Assembly: GCA_041649495.1 (NCBI GenBank)
Contig: JBAZMZ010000001.1
Span: 64,623 to 128,622, forward strand
Direction: 5' to 3'
Source: Minisyncoccota bacterium
GTDB taxonomy: Bacteria > Patescibacteriota > Minisyncoccia > Phycocordibacterales > XYD1-FULL-46-19
Length of the DNA: 64,000 nucleotides
The position numbers and the translations under genes were made by a program. Numbering within the stretch: the first letter of the stretch is position 1; every line of letters starts with the position of its first letter. Under the pieces are notes generated by a model. That model ran no database searches, was not told where the DNA came from, and was given only the letters and a program-made list of their open reading frames with translations. Below are positions 22,344 through 29,943 of the stretch, piece after piece.

Positions 22344-22709
22344 ATGACTCAAATAATAAATTCCAAACCGAAAATCTACGATCTTGAAGATCGAACTTTA
22401 CTTTTCGCGAAGCGGGTTAATAATTATGTAAACAAATTACCCAAAAATATTTCTAATATCGAAAATGGGAAGCAATTAGTTCGATCCGCTGGTTCGGTTG
22501 GGGCCAATTATATTGAGGCCAATAACTCATTAAGTAAAAAAGATTTTGCCATGAGGGCAAAAATTTCTAAAAAAGAAGCAAAGGAAAGTATTTTTTGGCT
22601 TAATTTGAGTGAACCAACTCCAGACAATTCAAAAGAGAGAGAATTTTTAATAAAAGAATCAACAGAATTAATGAAAATATTAGGAGCGATCTTAGAGAAA
22701 ACAAAATAG
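22344..22709 (+). CDS. Four-helix-bundle protein (TIGR02436-like, '23S rRNA intervening sequence protein' family) inserted between livH and livM
   Basis: About 120 aa with LFAKRV...QLVRSAGSVGANYIEA...SKKDF...AKISKKEAKES..WL signature. Confidence 0.7.
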   Translation: MTQIINSKPKIYDLEDRTLLFAKRVNNYVNKLPKNISNIENGKQLVRSAGSVGANYIEANNSLSKKDFAMRAKISKKEAKESIFWLNLSEPTPDNSKEREFLIKESTELMKILGAILEKTK

Positions 22710-22736
22710 TTTATATTTTATGATTTATTGTTTATT

Positions 22737-22775
22737 ATTTGTTTCGAATTTAGTGCTTGTAATTTCGAGTTTAAA
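22737..22775 (-). repeat. AT-rich heptamer-repeat element (reverse copy) 3' of the four-helix-bundle gene
   Basis: TATTTGTTTCGAATTTAGTGCTTGTAATTTCGAGTTTAAATT is the reverse complement of the forward family member. Confidence 0.5.
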
Positions 22776-22782
22776 TTAGATT

Positions 22783-23655
22783 ATGGCTTCGGCTTACATA
22801 ATTCATCTTTTGATTTTAATCTGCATCTACTTGATTTTAAGCTTGTCGCTTAATTTGTCGGTCGGTTTTTCGGGCGTGCTTAATTTGGGTCATATTGCTT
22901 TTTATGGCTTGGGCGCTTATACCTCGGCCTTGCTGGCCCTTGCCGGCGTGCCGTTTATTCTCTGCTTTTTAGCCGGTGGAGTGGTCGCGCTGGGTTGTGG
23001 TTTTTTGTTGGCTTTGCCGACTGATAAAATTAAAGGGGATTACTTAGCTTTAGTGACTGTCGGTTTTTCTTTTATCGTTTATAGTTTAATGCTTAATCTT
23101 GATTGGCTGACGCGCGGGCCCTTGGGTTTGCCCGGCATTCCGCGACCGTCAATTCTTGGTTTCCGCTTTGAAGATAATTTTTCTTTTCTGATTTTAATCG
23201 CCATTATCACGGTAGCCGTTTATTTTATTATCAAGAGAATTACGGCCTCACCCTTCGGTAAATTGCTCGAAGCCGTGCGCGATGACGAATTAGCCGCCAA
23301 GATTCTAGGTAAAGATACTTTCAAACTGAAGGCTTTTTCACTGGGCCTCTCGGCCTTTTTTGCCGGTTTGGCGGGTTCGCTCTATGCCGGTTATATTACT
23401 TTCATCGACCCCTCATCTTTCTCGCTGATGCAAATTATCCCCATTATCTCCATTGTCATTGTGGGCGGTTTAGCTTCATTACCGGGGACGGTCTTGGCTG
23501 CTTTTGTCTTAACTCTAATTCCTGAAGCCCTGCGTTTTGTTGGCTTCCCCTCGTCGATTCTTGGTCCAATGCGTCAGATTATTTATGCTCTGATTTTATT
23601 ATTAATTTTGATTTATCGTCCCCGCGGATTTTCGGGTAAAGTTGAGCTCGAATAA
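22783..23655 (+). CDS. livM: Branched-chain amino acid ABC transporter permease (LivM-like)
   Basis: Polytopic membrane protein with LivM-type topology; operon context. Confidence 0.75.
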   Translation: MASAYIIHLLILICIYLILSLSLNLSVGFSGVLNLGHIAFYGLGAYTSALLALAGVPFILCFLAGGVVALGCGFLLALPTDKIKGDYLALVTVGFSFIVYSLMLNLDWLTRGPLGLPGIPRPSILGFRFEDNFSFLILIAIITVAVYFIIKRITASPFGKLLEAVRDDELAAKILGKDTFKLKAFSLGLSAFFAGLAGSLYAGYITFIDPSSFSLMQIIPIISIVIVGGLASLPGTVLAAFVLTLIPEALRFVGFPSSILGPMRQIIYALILLLILIYRPRGFSGKVELE

Positions 23656-23679
23656 ACATTATTTATTCGAGAAGCACTA

Positions 23680-23830
23680 AATCATAAATTCTAAATTCTA
23701 AACAAACACCAAATATCAAATTATAAAAAATTAAAATGAAAATAAATTTATCCCCGTTTAATTATTATGATTTAAATCTTAAAATTTGTTTCGAGTTTAG
23801 GATTTGTAATTTAGAATTTAAAAATCTATG
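23680..23830. repeat. AT-rich heptamer-repeat element pair (forward at 23680-23710, reverse at 23785-23830)
   Basis: AAATCATAAATTCTAAATTCTAAACAAACACC ... AAAATTTGTTTCGAGTTTAGGATTTGTAATTTAGAATTT. Confidence 0.5.
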
Positions 23831-24586
23831 GCTGGTAAATTAAATAACATTTTAGCTATCGAAAATCTCCGCAAATCTTTTGGCGGTGTCCACGCGGTTG
23901 ATGACTGCTCGTTTGAAGTAGAGCGAGGCAAGATCACGGCTTTGATTGGCCCAAACGGCTCGGGCAAGACGACGGTTTTTAATTTGGTGTCGGGGGTGAC
24001 TAGGGCAGACGGCGGGAAAATTATTTTAGACGGAAAAAATTTAACGCACTTATCGCCCCATCTTATTTCTAACCTCGGCCTTTCGCGGGTTTTTCAACAA
24101 TCTCGTCTCTTTGCCAATTTGACGGTTGAAGAAAATCTAATGTTAGCGTTTGACAACGAAGATCAAAAATTTTGGCAAAGTTTCTTGGGCTTAAAAAATA
24201 AAAATCGAATTGACAAGAAAAAGATTATTGGTGATTACTTGGAACTTGTCCGCCTTGGGCGGATGCGCGACAAACAAGCGCGAGATCTAAGCTTTGGTCA
24301 AAAGCGTTTAGTCGAAATTTTGCGCGCTCTAATCAATCCCCATAATCTTTTGATGCTTGATGAGCCGGTGGCGGGCGTCACGCCCGAATTGCGCGACAAA
24401 ATCAAAGAAGTTCTCCTTGATTTAAAAAAGAAAGGCGAGACTATCTTGCTAATAGAACACGATATGAATTTTACACTGAAAGTATCTGATTGGGTTATCG
24501 TGATGGATGCGGGGCAAGTAATTGCCGAAGGCACCCCTGACGAAATCCGTCATAATCCTAAGGTCTTGGAGGCATATTTGGATTAG
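23828..24586 (+). CDS. livG: ABC transporter ATP-binding protein (LivG-like)
   Basis: GPNGSGKTT Walker A, signature LSFGQKRLVEILRAL, and LLMLDEP Walker B. Confidence 0.85.
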   Translation: MAGKLNNILAIENLRKSFGGVHAVDDCSFEVERGKITALIGPNGSGKTTVFNLVSGVTRADGGKIILDGKNLTHLSPHLISNLGLSRVFQQSRLFANLTVEENLMLAFDNEDQKFWQSFLGLKNKNRIDKKKIIGDYLELVRLGRMRDKQARDLSFGQKRLVEILRALINPHNLLMLDEPVAGVTPELRDKIKEVLLDLKKKGETILLIEHDMNFTLKVSDWVIVMDAGQVIAEGTPDEIRHNPKVLEAYLD

Positions 24587-24654
24587 AATTGGTTATTTGC
24601 AGGGGGGGGTTAATTTGGTATAGTTGGGACATTATTAAATAAGCCCGAAATCAC

Positions 24655-24720
24655 AAATTCTAAACTCTAAACAAATCCCAATCTTTAAGCCTTAAACTTG
24701 TTTTGAATTTTAAGAAAATT
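24655..24720. repeat. AT-rich heptamer-repeat element pair, near-identical to the 20076-20160 copy
   Basis: CACAAATTCTAAACTCTAAACAAATCCC ... CTTGTTTTGAATTTTAAG. Confidence 0.5.
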
Positions 24721-24721
24721 T

Positions 24722-25780
24722 ATGTCAAAAACTGCTAAATGGATTCTGGCGATTATTGTGATCGCTCTCATCGTTCTCGGGGTTTGGTATTATGGCTCAA
24801 AACCAACTACCCCTGCAGAGACTGGACCAATTAAGATTGGGGTTATTACTGACTTAACCGGCCATGCGGCTTATTGGGGGGAATCAACCAGAGTGGGAGC
24901 TGAAATTGCTCAAAAAGAGCTAAAAGCTGAAGGCTACGATGTTGACTTAATTTTTGAAGATTATCAACTTGACGCTACCAAGTCGGTAAGCGCGGCGCAA
25001 AAATTGGTAAATCTTGATAATGTCAGTGCAATTTATTCTGAATTTAATCCGGCCTCAATTGCCGTCTCGTCGTTTTTGAAAGATCTTCCTGTTTTACATA
25101 TTTATGACGCGGCGCCTATCTCACCCCTAGCGATGTCGCCAAATGTCTTTAAGACCTATATTGATTACCAAAATGGCTGTAGACTGGTTGCACAAAAATT
25201 CAAAGATGAACAAATCAAAAAAATTGCAGTCTTAATGCCCAAGATTGAGGCGGGAGAACTTTGCCTCGTTGGGGCGAAAGAGGTCTACCCGGATCTAGTT
25301 GCTGAATCATACGAACTTGGTAATACTGATTTTCGCACTCAAGTTCTTAAGATCAAAAATAGCCAAGCTGGAGCAATAATTAATGTTGGTTTTGAAGGAG
25401 ATACTCTTGGGACGTTAAAATCAATCAGGGAACTTAATTATTTGGCTAAATATGGAACAGTAGATGACACCATAACTGATCAGGTAAAAGCTAAGTATGC
25501 CAAAGAATTAAAAGGTGCTTGGTCATTTGGTTTTGGCCAGGTTGATCCCAATTTTGAAGCCAAATTAAAATTGGCTTCATCAAAGACTTTAAGTACCGAA
25601 TATGGTGCCGCGATTGCTTATACCCATATAAAGCAAATGACAAAAGCCTTATCTAAATGTCAGAAGGATCTCGCCTGTGTTGACAGTGAGATAGCTAATG
25701 CTTCCGTGGATAAAACGATCGGTTTTAATGGTTTTAAAAATCGAATTGCTGATATCCAACTTCAATTGAGACAATATTAA
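24722..25780 (+). CDS. Second amino-acid ABC substrate-binding protein; N-terminal 30 aa and 5' leader duplicated from the 20166 gene
   Basis: MSKTAKWILAIIVI.LVVLGVWYYGSKPTT is shared with the 20166 gene; the rest diverges. Confidence 0.7.
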   Translation: MSKTAKWILAIIVIALIVLGVWYYGSKPTTPAETGPIKIGVITDLTGHAAYWGESTRVGAEIAQKELKAEGYDVDLIFEDYQLDATKSVSAAQKLVNLDNVSAIYSEFNPASIAVSSFLKDLPVLHIYDAAPISPLAMSPNVFKTYIDYQNGCRLVAQKFKDEQIKKIAVLMPKIEAGELCLVGAKEVYPDLVAESYELGNTDFRTQVLKIKNSQAGAIINVGFEGDTLGTLKSIRELNYLAKYGTVDDTITDQVKAKYAKELKGAWSFGFGQVDPNFEAKLKLASSKTLSTEYGAAIAYTHIKQMTKALSKCQKDLACVDSEIANASVDKTIGFNGFKNRIADIQLQLRQY

Positions 25781-26107
25781 TTTATCCCTTATTTCGATTG
25801 GAATTAAGTTGCCCAACTACCGTCCTGAGCTTGTCGAAGGGCGGTTTTTGGTGGGGAAAATTTTGTGGTAAAATTAAAGTGATGAAAGGCGGAAATAATT
25901 ATGCGTTTATTGAATATAGACCTGAAAGAAAAAGCCCCCAGCGAGGACGAAACCTCGCAAGGGTCTTTTCCGTAAGAATTATTTATATCTTAGCAAAACG
26001 CCCTAAAAAAGTCAAGTTTTTGGTTTGGGGGTGGTTTATGGTATTATTTAATTGATAGAGTGGCTTGCTTTACTACTCTACTCCTTACCACTTTACTACT
26101 ACTCATT

Positions 26108-26815
26108 ATGTTAACCATTAAAAATCTAAAAGCCGGATATTACGGCGGGCCGGATATTTTGCAAGGGGTGGATATCGAGGTCAAGCCGGGCGAGATTGTC
26201 GCTCTCATCGGGCCCAACGGAGCGGGCAAATCAACCGTGCTTAGAAGTATCTTTAATCAGACCGAAGTGCGAGGGGGGACTATTAAATTTATTGATGATG
26301 AGCTTACTTGCTTACACGCCTACCAGCTTATTAGCTTGGGGATTAGTTTTGTGCCCCAAGGTCGGCAGGTTTTCTCAACGATGACGGTTAAGGAAAATTT
26401 GGAGATGGGGGCGTTTGCGATTCCTGATCAAAAATTAGTGAAAGAAAATATCGAAACCGTCTTCAAGCGCTTCCCGATGCTTCGCGAAAAGATGGGCCAG
26501 AACGGGGCTAACCTTTCGGGTGGGCAACAGCAGATCTTGGCCATGGCTCGAGCGTTGGTGCAAAGCCCTAAATTGCTATTGCTTGATGAACCATCTCTTG
26601 GTTTGTCACCGAAAGCGATGAAAGAGATTTTTGAAGTAATTAAAGAAATAAATAAAGAGGGGGTGTCGATTTTGATTGTCGAACAAAACGCCCGCGCCGC
26701 CGTGGAGATTGCTGATCGCACTTATGTTTTAGAGATGGGCAAAGTTGCGCTCACGGGCGGGCGCGATATTCTCGAAAATGATAAAATTAAGAAAATTTAT
26801 TTTGGCCGTGATTAA
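26108..26815 (+). CDS. livF: ABC transporter ATP-binding protein (LivF-like)
   Basis: GPNGAGKST Walker A, LSGGQQQILAMARAL signature, LLLLDEPS Walker B; start chosen at MLTIKNLKAGYYG. Confidence 0.85.
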   Translation: MLTIKNLKAGYYGGPDILQGVDIEVKPGEIVALIGPNGAGKSTVLRSIFNQTEVRGGTIKFIDDELTCLHAYQLISLGISFVPQGRQVFSTMTVKENLEMGAFAIPDQKLVKENIETVFKRFPMLREKMGQNGANLSGGQQQILAMARALVQSPKLLLLDEPSLGLSPKAMKEIFEVIKEINKEGVSILIVEQNARAAVEIADRTYVLEMGKVALTGGRDILENDKIKKIYFGRD

Positions 26816-26859
26816 AAATTTACTATTTTACGACATTACTACTTTTACTACTACCCATT

Positions 26860-27294
26860 ATGTTTAGCGATCGTTTTGATGTGACCTTGGGCGCATTTAA
26901 TCAAGAGTATTTTGATGAGTTGCCGAATACCGATCAGATTGACGTGCCCACTTTTAAGAACGAGGATTTTTATCATACGGTCTATGTTGATGGCTGGCCG
27001 ATTGGGGTGGCGGGGGTGGTGCCGTCTCGAGCTCTGCCGGATGCTGGTTTTATGCAAATTGTGTTGGCGCCCGATTGGCGGGGGAAGGGCTTGATTGAGC
27101 CGATTTATGATAAATTGGCCGAATGGCATAATCTCCATACTCTATATGCCACGATTAAGATTGATAACAAAGTGTCGCAATTGGCCCACCAGAAAATCGG
27201 CTTTCGCTTGTTGTCAGAAGACAAAATTGCTGATTTGCGGGAGCGCCACCTGCTTGAACCTGATGAGATCCGGATGGTTAAGGAGGTGGTTTAA
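26860..27294 (+). CDS. GNAT-family N-acetyltransferase
   Basis: WRGKGL acetyl-CoA-binding motif (Q/RxxGxG/A). Confidence 0.55.
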   Translation: MFSDRFDVTLGAFNQEYFDELPNTDQIDVPTFKNEDFYHTVYVDGWPIGVAGVVPSRALPDAGFMQIVLAPDWRGKGLIEPIYDKLAEWHNLHTLYATIKIDNKVSQLAHQKIGFRLLSEDKIADLRERHLLEPDEIRMVKEVV

Positions 27295-27296
27295 TT

Positions 27297-27494
27297 TGGT
27301 GCACCTTGCAGGGTTCGAACCTGCGACCTTACGAATGTCTGCCCCGTTAAATATTAACTTGGTTTTGTGGACGTTACAGGATTCGAACCTGTGACCTTAC
27401 GAATGTGAATCGTACGCTCTAACCAACTGAGCTAAACGTCCAATTATTTAACGGGGTGAAAATCGTACGCTCTAACCAACTGAGCTAAAGGTGC
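27297..27494 (-). tRNA. Interrupted tRNA-Val(GAC) gene: 5' exon 27461-27494 and 3' exon 27297-27339 (encodes CCA), with a 121-nt intervening sequence containing a complete tRNA-Val(CAC)
   Basis: The two halves reconstitute a canonical 77-nt tRNA: GCACCTT/AAGGTGC acceptor, D-arm, TACGA/TCGTA anticodon stem, loop TT|GACAT, GCAGG-TTCGAAC-CCTGC T-arm. The insert is flanked by a perfect 12-bp inverted repeat CCCCGTTAAATA/TATTTAACGGGG. Confidence 0.55.
27368..27441 (-). tRNA. tRNA-Val(CAC), 74 nt, no encoded CCA
   Basis: GGACGTT-TA-GCTC-AGTTGGTTA-GAGC-G-TACGA-TTCACAT-TCGTA-AGGTC-ACAGG-TTCGAAT-CCTGT-AACGTCC-A cloverleaf. Confidence 0.8.
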
Positions 27495-27578
27495 GGGAAT
27501 AAGGAATGTGGCGTCACAGTGTTCCCTGCGACATCCGACAAAAATATAGTCGCCCCCTTCTGGGACTCCTTATTTTTG

Positions 27579-27649
27579 TGGACCTAGCGAGAATCGGACT
27601 CGCGCCTCTACAATGCGAATGTAGCGTCGTACCACTAGACTATAGGCCC
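27579..27649 (-). tRNA. tRNA-Ala(CGC) with G3:U70; atypical T-loop TCCGATT
   Basis: Acceptor GGGCCTA/TAGGTCC with a G-U pair at position 3; anticodon stem CTACA/TGTAG with loop TTCGCAT; T-stem GCGAG/CTCGC. Confidence 0.6.
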
Positions 27650-27667
27650 AAAAGAGACCTCTCTAAT

Positions 27668-28690
27668 TTACCTTATACTGGTGTAGATGTCGAGGAGGGA
27701 AACTAGGAGTCTAACGGTGAGGGGACCAAGGATGAAGCCGATGGGACCAAAGAGGCTGAGGCCCCCCAAAACTGATAGAAGGATGAGGAGAGGGTGAAGG
27801 CCGATACCTTTACCGACGAATTTGGGACCCAGCAGATTATCGATTAAACTGACGGCTAAGATACCCCAAGCCAAGAGGCCGATGGCGCTAATGACTTGGC
27901 CGGTGAGATAAAGGTAGATGATGGCTGGGACGATAACAATGGCGGTACCGACGCTTGGGACGAGCGCGCCAACGGCGGCCAGAGTGCCCCAGATAATTGG
28001 ATTGGGCACCCCAAAAATTAAGAAGCCAATTGATGACGAAAGGCCCTGCAAAATGGCAATGAGCAAACTGCCCTTAATGACCAAGTTAACGGCTTGGGTA
28101 ATTTTTTTGATAATTATCTCGTCATCATTTTTGGTTAGAGGGCTAAGGCTAATGATTTTTTGTTTAAGTTGTTCGCCGTCTTTAAGTAGAAAAAAGAAGG
28201 CGATGAGGAAGACAAATAAATTGGCGATGATCTTGGCGAGGTTAGAGAAAACCAGACCCAAATTTTGGACGAAGAAACTTAAGATATTTTGAACGTATTG
28301 ATTAAGGTCAAAAGATAGATTATCAAAGATGGGGGAGATAGCGCTTAATCGTTGCCCAAGACCAGGCCAAAATTCGGTCAGTGATTGCTGGTTAAAATTA
28401 GTGGTAAGCGAAAAATAGAGACCTTGGGCTTCTTGAAAAATCTGGCTGACTAGAAAAGTGAGGGGGATTAAAATAAAAGTAATCAAAATCAAGATTGTTA
28501 AAAAAGAGGCCAGCCAGGTTTGTTGGCGAACGCGTTTAAGGAGTTGTCGATAAAGGGGTTGAAAGACGATGGCAAAAACGCTGGCTAAAATTAGCGAATA
28601 CAAAAATGGTTTCAAGACAAAAAAGGAAAGGACGAGAGATAAGCTCAAAAGGATTAATAAAAAATATAAACGAGGTTTTTTGCTAGTCAT
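27668..28690 (-). CDS. AI-2E family transporter (UPF0118/PerM-like membrane protein)
   Basis: Eight TM segments and the C-terminal GLHPLLILLSVLGG..G.IGFILGP signature. Confidence 0.7.
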   Translation of the reverse strand: MTSKKPRLYFLLILLSLSLVLSFFVLKPFLYSLILASVFAIVFQPLYRQLLKRVRQQTWLASFLTILILITFILIPLTFLVSQIFQEAQGLYFSLTTNFNQQSLTEFWPGLGQRLSAISPIFDNLSFDLNQYVQNILSFFVQNLGLVFSNLAKIIANLFVFLIAFFFLLKDGEQLKQKIISLSPLTKNDDEIIIKKITQAVNLVIKGSLLIAILQGLSSSIGFLIFGVPNPIIWGTLAAVGALVPSVGTAIVIVPAIIYLYLTGQVISAIGLLAWGILAVSLIDNLLGPKFVGKGIGLHPLLILLSVLGGLSLFGPIGFILGPLTVRLLVSLLDIYTSIR

Positions 28691-28698
28691 ATTATTTA

Positions 28699-28757
28699 CC
28701 CTATGGAGTAAAAATCTTTAGATTTTATGACATTTAAATATGTCATACTCCACAGGG
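28699..28757. promoter_or_regulatory. Nested palindrome (CCCTATGGAGTA ... ATGACATTTAAATATGTCAT ... TACTCCACAGGGT) in the promoter region of the AI-2E gene
   Basis: 20-bp near-perfect palindrome at 28727-28746 nested inside an imperfect 12-bp inverted repeat; lies 9-67 bp upstream of the start codon. Confidence 0.35.
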
Positions 28758-28800
28758 TGAATTATAACAAAAAAAAGTTGGGGAGAAAAGTTGCCGCTGG

Positions 28801-29430
28801 CTAAGTTCTTGGGTCGTCGAGTGGCCACTCAATCAAGCGACCAGCTTTGAGTTCCATTTTGTCGGCCGGGCGGAGAAAACGGGTATTGGCGGGTGGAAAA
28901 ATTCTTTGGTGGGGAGCTCGGTCTATTTTTTCGGCTAAGTCGTCTAAGTCATTTTCGTCGGTAATCCAGCTCGGGTCTACTTTTCGCAAATCGAAAGGCT
29001 GAGCTGAATATTGGCGCAAGGTCTTGCGACCCTGATCGTTTTCAAAATATTCGTGAAAATAGGAGAGAGCCAGCTCGCGGAGCGTTTTGTAGACCGGGTC
29101 GCGAAAGCGGAGAGTGGCGTGGTTGGTTTTGCTAATGGCGCCCCAGTAATTATTTCGTCGGTATAAAGCTAAGACATGGTCGTCATCGATCTGGTTGGCC
29201 TTAAGGTCGAGAAGTAGAGGTGGCTCGTGGTGAAGCCATAGAGCGAGGGCGGCCACTAGGGCGCCCTCAAAACAATGAGCCTTGTTTTGGGTCAGAACTT
29301 GTCTTGGCGACATATAGGTTTCGCCATTCTTTTCGCCATTGCGCGGGATCGAATCAAGAAAATTTTGAATTTTAATTGGCGTTGTTAATTTTTTCAAAAT
29401 AGCCAATTCTTTTTTGTTTAAACCAAACAC
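28801..29430 (-). CDS. Hypothetical protein, possibly a transglutaminase/NAT-fold cysteine hydrolase (Cys-His-Asp-like motifs)
   Basis: KAHCFEGALVAA resembles the NAT/transglutaminase Cys motif; downstream DDDHVLALY His; weak assignment. Confidence 0.3.
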   Translation of the reverse strand: MFGLNKKELAILKKLTTPIKIQNFLDSIPRNGEKNGETYMSPRQVLTQNKAHCFEGALVAALALWLHHEPPLLLDLKANQIDDDHVLALYRRNNYWGAISKTNHATLRFRDPVYKTLRELALSYFHEYFENDQGRKTLRQYSAQPFDLRKVDPSWITDENDLDDLAEKIDRAPHQRIFPPANTRFLRPADKMELKAGRLIEWPLDDPRT

Positions 29431-29469
29431 CCTTTTATTTTAGCAGAAAATAGGTTAGGATATAAACTT

Positions 29470-29880
29470 ATGAAAAAGAAATCAAAATATGAGCCAGGTG
29501 ATTACCAACTTTTAGTTAAACGATCAAGCGCGGGTTTGGGTTTATTTGCTGGCGAAGAGATCCCCAAGGGGGTTTGTTTGATCGAGTATAAGGGTCGTCA
29601 AATTTCGGAGAAAGAAGAATATACCAGTCGAAGTAAATATCTTTTTGAGGTCAACAAAAAGAAAACGATTGACGGTCAGGCTCGGTCTAATACCGCGCGC
29701 TACATTAACCATTCTTGTCGACCTAATGCTGAAATTGAGATTAAAAAAGAGCGAGTTTGGGTGATGTCTAAAAGGAAGATTAAGGCGGGCGAAGAGATTT
29801 GCTATGATTACGGTAAGGAGTATTGGGATGAACATATTAAGCCGATCGGTTGCCGATGCTTAAAATGCCAAGCTCGCTAA
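29470..29880 (+). CDS. Minimal SET-domain protein lysine methyltransferase (136 aa) with post-SET Cys cluster
   Basis: ARYINHSCRPNAE (NHxCxPN), GEEICYDYG (ELxxDY-type), and C-terminal CRCLKC. Confidence 0.8.
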   Translation: MKKKSKYEPGDYQLLVKRSSAGLGLFAGEEIPKGVCLIEYKGRQISEKEEYTSRSKYLFEVNKKKTIDGQARSNTARYINHSCRPNAEIEIKKERVWVMSKRKIKAGEEICYDYGKEYWDEHIKPIGCRCLKCQAR

Positions 29881-29943
29881 TTGATTCACCAAACAAAATG
29901 GCCCCAAGTTTGGGGTCATTTTGTTTTAGCAAGTAAATTAAAA

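Noticed and set aside
19337-24720. Short conserved AT-rich repeats recurring at intervals, superficially CRISPR-like
   Set aside because: The 'spacers' are full-length conserved transporter genes of 0.4-1.1 kb, and repeats occur in both orientations with variable length. They are treated as a regulatory or MITE-like family instead.
25798-26055. 85-aa ORF in the 280-bp spacer before livF
   Set aside because: Low-complexity W/G/K-rich translation with no start context. The region is better explained as a structured leader containing hairpins and the TACTAC motif.
27297-27358. Interpreting the tRNA 3' fragment as a duplicated attachment site (attR) of an integrated element
   Set aside because: The matching 5' half lies only 121 nt away and reconstitutes the same tRNA. 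There is no integrase or cargo between the halves, only another tRNA, so a nested or split tRNA explanation fits better.
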